A DNA stretch of 64,000 nucleotides, from contig OX597817.1 in assembly GCA_951406725.2 (NCBI GenBank), positions 84,196,001 through 84,260,000 of the forward strand, given 5' to 3'. Of the stretch, positions 54,331 through 64,000 are shown piece by piece. How positions within the stretch are numbered: the stretch's first letter is position 1; the number at the start of each line of letters is the position of its first letter. The notes beneath the pieces are model-generated. The model saw only the letters and a list, made by a program, of their open reading frames with translations. It had not been told where the DNA came from and searched no databases. A program made the position numbers and the translations under genes. Origin of the DNA: Octopus vulgaris (lineage: Eukaryota).

Positions 54331-55418
54331 AAGTACAAACACCACCCACACAAACATATCCCAATAACACTAACACAAAGAGTTAATGACTAAAACATTA
54401 AAAATGCTAAATGGATAAAATGTTACATGATGATGAAATGCTAATATTAATGCTTGCTCAATATTGTTTTGATTCTTTCGGTAAGTTCGAGCAACATCTG
54501 GCATGCTTTAGTATTATTAGGTAGTTTAATGCATAAATTACACATACTTACCGAATTTAAGATAAAATAATCACTATGTACAAGACGTACAAGAATGTAA
54601 AATGGCTAGCAGAGAATATAGAAATAGAGACTTAGCATGAAAAAGAAAATAAAGGAAAGAGGCAAGCTATCGTTTCTTTGCCAAGAATGATAGTCTTGTG
54701 CATTAATTTTCTGGTTCTCTTATCACAATTTCGGTAAGTTGAAGTTTATAATTCAGTCAGTTATAGTTAACTTTAAATAAGAGAAAGAGGTTTAACACGA
54801 GATAGCTAATAATGACAAACTGTGTCGTAAATATATTTACTAATCGCATTATCTTTAGAGCTACAGCTAATTAAAACCATACGGCTGCTGAAAATATTTG
54901 AAATCAAAAATAATTTTCAGGGAGACTGGATATAAGTTCAATGACAAAGAATACTTACCTTGCTTGAGAATTTGGGACTGCTGAAGTCTATAAATTAGAG
55001 ATATCTTATCAGACATTGGTTAAAAATAAAGCCTTTCTCTTTATCTTCTGTAAATCATTCTTCCCGAAACAATAACTTTCGTTATTATGTAAAGTTATAT
55101 ATAGAAATAACTAAGCTGAAGTTCCACACATTATTTTTAGTAAATTACGGTATTTATTAATTTGCAAAAGTATAAGATTGGATGTGACAAAGAAGTTAAC
55201 TTATGATCGAAGATCCCTGCCTAACTTGATCAAAAACTAGTTGACACAGGAGAAAATATACACAATAAAAATAGTAATGAAAATAAGGGATGATGTAAGA
55301 AAGAGCCTATTTTCCAAATCGCTCTTCGTTTCATCGTTCTGTTCTCGATTGATAGACTATCAATTAGATAGTTAAATATGTATATGTGTGTATATATATA
55401 TGGATCAAAACAGTTTGA

Positions 55419-55483
55419 TTCAAATTCGTTGGTACTCTTGAGTTTCAAGCACAATGCTAGTCGTCAGCCCTTTTGAATTTGAA
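55419..55483 (-). ncRNA. Type I hammerhead ribozyme with extended stem I
   Basis: Minus strand: UUCAAAUUC AAAAG GG CUGACGA CU AGCA UUG UGCU U GAAA CUC AA GAG UA CC AAC GAAUUUGAA. The counterpart at 58901-58965(+) has GAAA>GAGG and GUA>GUG. Confidence 0.8.
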
Positions 55484-58253
55484 TGACAGAAGTTGATTGT
55501 TATTACCGTAAGATGGGCCGCGATTGGTCGAGAAAGGTCACGCGGTGTCGTAGTTTGATGTTGGTATATGGGTAACAGTTAGATAGAAAATACTGCATTG
55601 CGAACAGCAAATTGACCACGTGGAGGACAGGAAATAAACTAGAGGTCGGTCAGGATGTTGGGGGAGAGTAGGAAGGAGCGGCATGTGCAAGTATATAGTT
55701 CTGCAGACGCGCTCATATAGTTTTTCGTGAATGTGTACTGATGCGAGTGTGTGCATCTGTACATGGATGCGCACGTGCGCGTCTACACACACGCACGCTT
55801 GGACGGACACGCATATGCACACATGCACACACATACACGCATACACACACGTGCGTATTCATTCATATGTACATATGTATATTCGCATGCATGTATGCAT
55901 GCATACCAGCGTGCGCGCACACACGCACGCCTGCATTTGGGATTGGAGTGGAAGTTAAGCTTATGGTCCTTAAATGTAATATGGGAGAAGTCGCGTGGCG
56001 AGGTAGTCCACAAGATACTCTATATTAAGGTGGGTGGCAAGCTCCTTTGCTTCTGTTTTTTGTCATTATATATGGAATTACGTGTTTTCTTGTATGTTTT
56101 GGTGATGGCACTTGTAAGAAGTCTTGTTCATTTCGTAAATGTTCTTTGTTTTGTCTGCGAGGGTGTGTATGTTGGACGATTGTTTAATGCTGGTCATATA
56201 GTCATTTAGGGGTTTAAGGAAGGGGTTAGAAAAATGCAGAAACCTTACCTTCTTTACAATGTTCCGTAGATCAGTCTCAAATTTTTCAGTCTTTCATATG
56301 TGGGGCGCACTTTCGATATTTGAAGCCAAATTTATCCGTAGATATATTTGGATATTCCTCAGCGAGTACGGTAGTGATTGTCTCTCCATTGCAAACCGTT
56401 CGTGAATGGCATTACCCCAATCCCAAATGCAAACTAATCAACCACTCTAAAAGTGAGATAGCAAACATATTAGCAAACATATTCTCGATATTATCAACTC
56501 CGATATCAGAAGCGCTACAGGGTTGACTCAATGGAACTCCAGTGCAGGTCGACTGGTTCCGCGGTATCGAGAATAAATCAGCCTGTAGATTCACCCTGTT
56601 CGACATTATCGACTTCTACCCTTCCATATCTAAGCCCTCCTTCTAAAGGCCCTAACTTTTGCTGAGCAATACACTAGCATTAGTGACCTTGACATCAGAA
56701 TTATCATGAATGCCAGAAAGTCAATTCTGGCCTCCTACGATTCCTCCTGGATGAAAAAAGGTGACCCATTGTTCGACGTCTCTATGGGGAGCTTTGACGG
56801 GGCTGAAAGCGCCGACCTCGTCGTGTTATACATTTTGGATACCCCCAAAAGACGCACCTTCCCACACAGGCGGCCCTCTAGAGGGACGACGGCCTGGCTA
56901 TTTCAAGCTATTTCAAGCCATATGAACGGCGACACCATGTACAGGTTCAGGAAGGACTTGATAGAAATATTTAAGGAATTCGGCTTGCCCATAACCGTTA
57001 CCACCAACCTGACTACGGTCTATTTCTTGGACGTAACCTTAAACCTCAGTACGGGTAAATATCACCCGTACAGGAAGCCTCACGAGAATACAGTATACAT
57101 GCACAAGAGTTCAAAACCTCCCTCGATATGTAATTAGGAACTTGGCTCCAGGCATTAGTAAACGACTATCTAATCCCTCGACCAACAGAGATCTTCAACA
57201 GAGAGATCCTCACTACAACAATTCTTTAGTTAGGAGCGGGTTTACTGAGAAGCTCACATATGTGGACAACTCCCAAAACCCTCTCCTCACCAAAAAGGAT
57301 TAGGAGAAGAAGGAGAATTATATGGTATAACCCCCTTTCAACCTAGAAGTTTCCACCAACGTAGCTAGGGTCTTCTTGTTGTTAATTAAGAAATACTCCC
57401 CAAGATGCCATAAGTATTACAAACTCTTCAACCCCATAATGTCAAGGTCCGCTACTCCTGCTTAGACAACATAACATCTAACATCGCACGCATCAACAGA
57501 CATAAAAATACACCCACACCAACCCCAAACCCAACCTGCAGCTACTGAAACCCCACCATGTGCTCTCTAGAAGGATCTTGTCTGTCAAGGGTTGTAGTAT
57601 ATAGAGCCACCATTACACCATCCGATGGCATAGGGAAGAGACTCCCAGTATATGCACACGTTTAGATACAGGGATAGAGAGAACTCTACTTCCCTGTCTC
57701 ATTTTCTCTCGAAACACCTTGATCACCGAGATGATACACCCATCATTAGGTGGACTATTGTCGACAGAGCGCCACCATATTCACCCGTTACCCCCAACTG
57801 CCAGCTCTGCCTCTGCGAAAAACTGCATATCCTCCAACAACCCGCAGTATACATCAAAAAGAAATACGATTTATCGTATTACTGTCATCAGAGATATGCC
57901 CCTCTGGCAAATTTCAGGCCTCTGACTGCTGACAACGCGAATATACCACCTTAGCACCAGCTGCTACTTTGCACCGCCTGCATCAACGTCACAGCTACCA
58001 ACCAACCCCATGATCAGGACAGCCATTTACGAGTCCCCAAGATTTACCAATCCCCAACGCGTACCAACACCCAACACTTACCAATTCCCAACGCTAACCA
58101 ATCCCCAAACGCATGTTTTGCGCGTGCATACTTGCGCACGGGTGCATGGGAATGCACATGTGCACGCACGTGCGTGTGCGCGCATGTATATATGTATACA
58201 TGTATGCGAATATACATATGCACATATGAATGAATACGTATGTGTGTATGTGT

Positions 58254-58486
58254 CTATTGCTTTACTACCCACAAGGGGCCAAACACAGAGGGGACAACCA
58301 AAGACAGACAAATGGATTAAGTCGATTACATTGATCCCAGTGCGCCACTGGTACTTAATTTATCGACCCCGAAAGGATGAAAGGCAAAGTCGATCTCGGC
58401 GGAATTTGAACTCAGAGCGTAACGGCAGACGAAATACGGCTACGCATTTCGCCCAGCATGCTAACGTTTCTGCCAGCTCGCCGCCT
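58254..58486 (-). mobile_element. Nin-domain tRNA-SINE nested in the right arm of the PLE
   Basis: Minus strand AGGCGGCGAGCTGGCAGAAACGTTAGC, GAGTTCAAATTCC B-box, GCCTTTCATCCTTTCGGGGTCGATAAATTAAGTACCAG. Absent from the left arm. Confidence 0.85.
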
Positions 58487-59024
58487 TGTGTATGTGTGTA
58501 TATGTGTGCATGTGTGCATACGCATGTGTATGTGTATGCGTGTGCGCGCTTGCGTGTTCGTCCAAGCGGGTATGTGCGTGTGTGCGTGTATGTGTGTGTG
58601 TGCAGATGTGCGCATATACAGATGCGCACACTTGCATCAATATACACATGCACGCAAAACTATATGAGCACTTCTGTACACCCACATATAGAACTATATA
58701 CTTCCACATCCCACCCCTTCCTACTTCCCCATCAACCTGACAGACTTCTAGTCTATTTCCTGTCTTCTCTCCACGTGGTCAATTTACTGTTCGCCCTGCA
58801 GTATTTTCAAACTAACTGTTACCCATACACCAACATCAAAAGCCATGACACTGCATGACCTTCATCGACCTATCGCAATAATAACAATCAGCTCCTGTCA
58901 TTCAAATTCAAAATGGCTGACGACTAGCATCGTGCTTGAGGCTCAACAGTGCCAACGAATTTGAATCAAACTGTTTTTATCCACACATGTAACTCCCAAT
59001 AAATTGGTTCACTGTCCTTTATCT

Positions 59025-59058
<34 letters not shown>

Positions 59059-59085
59059 TGTATATATATATACATACATCTATAT

Positions 59086-59149
<64 letters not shown>

Positions 59150-59151
<2 letters not shown>

Positions 59152-59360
59152 TATGTGACCGCGTGTGTATCGTTGGTGATTTCCTTTCTCCGTCTTCCTT
59201 TCCTTGGACCTTTCCTTTTTCTATGTTTCTGACGAAGAGCTCCGCTCGACACGTTAAATCCTCCTTCTTTCTTTCCTTTCCTGAGCGTCCAATAACACTA
59301 TACTTGTTCCACGTCCTCGCGTTGTTGTGTTTTCTCTTTGTTCATGTTTGGATTAACTAT
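59150..59360 (+). mobile_element. Short non-coding PLE-derived element in (TA)n with minimal hammerhead relic (59225-59259)
   Basis: GUUU CUGACGA A GAGC UCC GCUC GACA CG UU AAAU (GAAA>GACA). Same layout as 20584-20621. Confidence 0.6.
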
Positions 59361-59364
59361 ATAT

Positions 59365-61940
59365 ATGTATATTTAAATATTAATTTTTTAGGGAATAACA
59401 ATTCCGGCATAACAGAGGTTCTCAATGAAGAAATATATTTTAATTTAGAGACTGTATACCCCTACTTCTCGCCAAATAAAAGGAATACCCCTACTTCTCG
59501 CCAAATAAAAGGAATACCCCTACTTCTCGTCAAATAAAAAGAATTTTTATTTTAAATACCTACTGTTTTATTCCTTGGCTACACGTGTTTCATGAGGTAC
59601 ATTTTTGGGTTCCTAAACCGCTCCGTGTTTCCCTGGAACCCCTCTCAAGATGCCACCCCAATCATCAGCCCCTTATAACTTTATCAACGTTCAATACAAT
59701 AAACTATATTAAATTCTATAAGAATACGAATAGGAATAATTATTATATTAAACAGAATAACGTAAGTAACCTAAATAATGTTAATATAGTGAGTAATACA
59801 AACGTAAATGTAGACGAGAATAGAAACGTATATTATAATAATGATAAAAATAAAGATAGTATGTATAAAAGTAATAATAGAAGAACATACCGTAATAATA
59901 TGGAATTCAAGATGGTAATAAACAGGAAAAATATAAAGTATACAGATAGGTTGAGTAAAGGGGAAGGATTTAAAATTAAAAGTAAATCATATTGGAGATA
60001 ATACAGTAAATAATTTAGAAGATAATAATGAGACTGGGATAAATAAAGATAAGGGCATTAATAATAATATAAACATAAAGAAAAATAATAATAAAAAGAT
60101 ATGGTTGATTGTCCCATACGGTACTCAAATTAGAAATAATCTCATTAAAGATATTACTAATACAATTGAATCGTTTATTATGGAAAATAAAAAAATATAT
60201 CGAAATACTCTCTAAAAATAATCTAGGAGTGGGGTACTGAACGACTAATAACGTAGGGAATATTATATCATCAATTAATAAGCATAGGTTAAATAAATAT
60301 TACCATGACAAATTAAATAAGGATATGAATAGGAGTTATAGAGACCATAATAGTTGTACCTGTAGAGATAAAAACCGTTGTAAATTTAATGGAAGATGTA
60401 ATGTTAGTGATGTAGTATATAAATGTGTGGTTTCGGTAAAAGGAGATGGGAACGAAAATAGTGGTATAAATAATACAGATATTGAAAAATACCTAGATAG
60501 AATGTACATAGGTTCGACTTCGAATAAAATTAAGCAGCGAAAAGCACAGCACTTGAATTCATGTAAAAATAAAAAAAACTTTGGAATTCTACAGGACTAA
60601 GTAAATATGTTTGGAGTTTAAAAATGAAATTAATTAATTATGAATTAAAGTGGGAGATAATATGTAAAGCTAAATCATATAGAATAGGAAATAGGTCATG
60701 TTTATTATGTACCCATGAATTCATGGCGATATTATGGTCTAAAACTGAACTTCTTAATAATCAGGATGAACGTAAAATTAAATGTAAACATAGACTAAAA
60801 TGCCTTATTAATAACGCATAACCCTAAATTTTAGCGTAAGTATTTGTTAATACTATAATTATATAATTTTTTAATAGAAATAAAAACTTACCATTAGATG
60901 GTGGGATGAATAATAACTAGTGATAAAATGGGCGGAATAATACGGAATTATACGAAATAAAAAATTAATATTCCCATGATGCATTTTTGAAGTTTCGTGA
61001 ACCATGCTTTACTATTTAGACAATATGTTAATTAAATAATAGTTTAAAGTAGTAGGAAATAGGGTGTGAGTACTTCGCTGGACTTTACAATGTCAGGCCA
61101 TAATTAGGACGTTGTAGGATAATGGAGCTATCGGAGAATTGCATATTTTCCTTACTTTACAATCAAGTTATATTTATTTTATTATATTTTACTATATAAA
61201 TTTTAAAAAAAGTTATCAATCGTATCACTTGAAATTTTAAAAAAAAGTTACCATTCGTATCACTTGAAATTTTGCAGTTCGTATTAGAACTATAGCTCTT
61301 TTATTTTAAATTATCTCTTCGTAATTGACTTCATGTTTATTAACTTTTATTCGTGTATATTTTCCTTGCTATCTTTATTTTTATTTTTATTTTTATTTTT
61401 TACTCGTATTTTATTTTTACTCGTATTTACTTTTATTCGTATTCCTTTCGTTTTTATTCACATTTTTTTAATATTATTTAAAATAGTATTTGTAAATTTA
61501 ATTTTATTTGGAACACTATATATAACTAACATAGTTTTTTGTAAATTTTCGTATATTTTTTGTGATTTTTATTCCTTACTTTATTCGTGTAACTTTTATT
61601 TCTGTAACTTATCTTTATTTGAATTTTTATCTGAATTATGCATTCTACTGTAGAGTCCAGCGAAACTAAACTTACCTAATTTAAACATACTTATTTCACA
61701 AATATTTATGGGATTTAAAAATTAAAATATAGTTCATTGTATTGAACGTTGATAAAGTTATAAGGGGCTGATGATTGGGGTGGCATCTTGAGAGGGATTC
61801 CAGGGAAACACGGAGCGGTTTAGGAACCCAAGGATGTATCTCATGAAACACGTGTAGCCAAGGAATAAAACAGTAGGTATTTAAAATAAAAATTCTTTTT
61901 ATTTGACGAGAAGTAGGGGTATACTATTTCTAAATTAATA
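59365..61940 (+). mobile_element. RT-less Naiad-like PLE: thumb/linker plus GIY-YIG between near-identical inverted repeats of about 200 bp
   Basis: 59514-59710 and 61728-61922 are reverse complements with few mismatches. 60090-60821 gives KKIWLIVPY, GVGY*TTNNVGNII, CTCRDKNRCKFNGRC, VVYKC, YIGSTSN, STGLSKYVW, CLLCTHE, LLN..ERKIKCKH. A 29-bp unit is repeated three times at 59456-59540. Confidence 0.88.
61774..61860 (+). ncRNA. Hammerhead-like motif with very long stem II (also in the left arm, about 59576-59672, minus strand)
   Basis: GGGG CUGAUGA [about 70-nt branched stem II] GAAA CACGUG UA GCC. Palindromic stem III ACACGUGU. Stem I is poor (G-G opposition next to the cleavage site). Confidence 0.55.
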
Positions 61941-62239
61941 TATATATATATATATATACATATATATACTAGTTGATTACCCGGTAATACCCAGAAAGGC
62001 AGGAATTATTTCCAGTTCCCATTCCCATTACACTGTTTCATGTCCTATCCTGTTCCTTGTTCAGTTCCTGTTTTCGTTTCCAGTCCCATTCTTAAGCTCA
62101 GTAATTATTCTATCGGTCCCTTTTGCCGCACCACTAAGTTACGTGGACGTAAACACACCAATATTGGTTGTCAAGTGATGGTGGCGGAACAGACACAGAC
62201 ACACAAGTACACGCACGCGCACACACACACACACATGTG

Positions 62240-62338
<99 letters not shown>

Positions 62339-62349
62339 TATATATATAT

Positions 62350-64000
62350 GAAAGAATGGAGTTGAACGACGAATTAACAAAATTCCTTTATTTTCGACAT
62401 ATGTTTCGAAGGCTGCATATTCCTAATTTCGAAGGAATAAGGGGTGCATTATGCCGCCTTCTCATCAGGAAAAACAAGGAACTTATGTCAGCATCAAGAT
62501 GCACAAAAACTTTTAGATGACTGCCTACACGGAGCCCATAGCGATAATGAGTGTTTCTTTAAAATATTCCGTTATAAGCAGTGACGTCAAAAATGGTTGA
62601 ATGTAGAAGATTCTAGAAGGTTCAAGGATTCAAACAAGGTTGGAGGAGAGAGGCCTAAGAAAAGGAAGGTGATAGGTGCAGGTCATATGAATGGTGATTT
62701 TGTTGTTTTCTTTTGTGAATGAGTGCCTATGTGTGTGTATGTATATAACTGCATTGATGTCTATGTGTGTGTATGTGTGTGCGTGATTGTGTGTGTGGTT
62801 GGGTAGATTCCAAAAACAGACAGTGGTGAAGTGACAGGTTTGTGTCTGTGTGTTTGATTGTGCTTACGATAGAGAGAGGGAAAGAGAGAGAGAGGAGGGT
62901 GAGGTAGAGATACAAAGGTAAAACATACCTCAATGGATTGGGTAGTAGTTCTTTAAGGGTATAAAAATTTGACTATGGGGGTGATATATAAATGGGACTA
63001 TATTATTAAAATTCAAGGAGGTTATCTATATTAATCATTATTCATATGAGTGAAAGGTGTGTTTTTGCCAGTGCATGCATCTATAGGATTTCTCGATCAT
63101 TGTATTTATTAAAGGGACTTTGGCGTACAATATATAGAAAAGTTCGGAATTACAGATGCCACAAAATTTCTGCCCTTATCAAACGGAAAGGATACAGACA
63201 ATATGGACCATTGCAGCTTGAAAGTTGTATTGCTGTCCTTAAGACGCCAAACTAATTTACTTAGTCCTGTGCTGTGTTGTTTTCTCTTATCTCGGAAAGT
63301 TGAATAATGATTGGAGATCCTGTGGGCTAATTTAGAAGTAGTTGCCCCAATGTAGAAGAAGACATCGGTACCGGAAGAAATTTTGCACTGGTAAATGGAA
63401 TTTCTAATTTTGGAATTGCTGGATGATAAGAACTTTAATCTGTTAGGGTTTACCTCCGAGACTAAGACGGAGTTTTTATTGTTATGATAAAACTATCACC
63501 GATAATTTAGTTAAAAATATATCCTTAAGACTATCAAATTTATCTGCTAATGTCGACATCTTTAACCAAAAATCGGAATTATTGCTAGCATTGACCACAA
63601 TACTATTCCTATTATTATCATTACTATTGTACTATCGTCGGCAATTTCCCTGACTATAGGAATGCTGGGTTTGTTATCATCAATACTACCACTGTTATTA
63701 GAAACGCTGTCGTTATTACCATTAACACTACCACTGTTAATAATCCGACTAATATTATTATTAATATTACTATTGTTAATGCCAACGCTGCTATGAATGT
63801 TGCCATTATCAATACTATTTCTATTATTATAATTATTGTATGTTTGATTGGAATTGGTAAGGGCAGTGTCGCTACTCCCGGGTGATGAATCCTTATTTAG
63901 CAGCTTGTTATTATGGGAAGCAATGATCTGCGATAGATTTCTAGTGTTGGAGAATATAATCCTTAACTTATGCGAATTGATAGTAGAGTAATACCTAGAA
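62350..64000 (-). mobile_element. 3' part of a Naiad-like PLE (linker, Asn-rich insert, GIY-YIG, 3' UTR, hammerhead), continuing beyond the window
   Basis: Minus strand 63850-64000: KLRIIFSNTRNLSQIIASHNNKLL. 63055-63415: IYQCKI...FYIGATTSKLAHRISNHYSTF...STGLSKLVWRLK...CGICNSE...YRCMH. Ends at (TA)n near 62350. Confidence 0.8.
62382..62481 (-). ncRNA. Type I hammerhead ribozyme, fully canonical core
   Basis: Minus strand: UUCCUUGUUUUUC CUGAUGA GAAGGC G GCAUA...UAUGC A GCCUUC GAAA CAUAUG UC GAAAAUAAAGGAA. Palindromic stem III ACAUAUGU, GUC triplet, predicted cleavage between 62396 and 62395. Confidence 0.88.

Larger units (their letters stand above)
55401..59025 (+). mobile_element. Naiad-like PLE with decayed RT and GIY-YIG, bounded by inverted arms of about 550 bp
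   Basis: 56410-57950 gives NPKCKLINHSKSE, FDIIDFYPSI, FDVSMGSFDGAE, GL*RDDGL, FLDVTLNL, RRRRIIWY(N)PP, CSLEGSCL..VVY, CQLCLCEK. Arms 55401-55945 and 58098-58983 are diverged reverse complements. Tail to about 59025, TA tracts on both sides. Confidence 0.88.

Noticed and set aside
58010-58858. 282-aa plus-strand ORF
   Set aside because: It runs through the PLE 3' UTR purine-pyrimidine repeats and an antisense SINE. Composition is repeat-derived.
59456-59540. 29-bp unit repeated three times, CRISPR-like length
   Set aside because: Direct tandem copies without spacers, eukaryotic context, no cas genes. It is a local duplication at a pLTR end.
60238-60240. In-frame TGA in the Naiad-like ORF as possible selenocysteine (some Naiads are reported to use Sec)
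   Set aside because: By eye it aligns one residue before the conserved Cys of the YSC motif, and I cannot identify a SECIS. A nonsense mutation is simpler. A family consensus plus SECISearch would settle it.
61967-62000. Possible Helitron 3' end on the minus strand (CTAG plus degenerate hairpin)
   Set aside because: The hairpin is poor and no matching 5' end could be placed.

Overview
Eukaryotic, AT-rich and microsatellite-saturated genomic DNA. The SINE families and repeat landscape suggest a coleoid cephalopod, probably Octopus (inference). Only one intact host gene is supported: a single-coding-exon class A GPCR of the FMRFamide-receptor-like group on the minus strand (about 7792-8859). 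The rest is transposon debris: tRNA-derived SINEs (CORE-, Nin- and V-domain types), Tc1/mariner relics (a TIR-bounded DD41D element, two mariners, one Tc1), Helitrons, L1/Tx1-like and R4/Dong-like LINE pieces, and many Penelope-like elements (PLEs) of Naiad-like and Neptune-like type. Two patterns stand out. (1) A recurring architecture of head-to-head inverted PLE terminal repeats with outward-facing type I hammerhead ribozymes, mostly sitting in (TA)n. It occurs five times, with interiors from 3 nt to about 2 kb, and there are several solo hammerheads. (2) A Tx1-like LINE whose three young 5'-truncated copies each have (GATA)n on both sides, suggesting a (GATA)n-targeting retrotransposon. 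Almost all other ORFs in the track are translations of microsatellites. All coordinates were read by eye; boundaries of degenerate elements are approximate.
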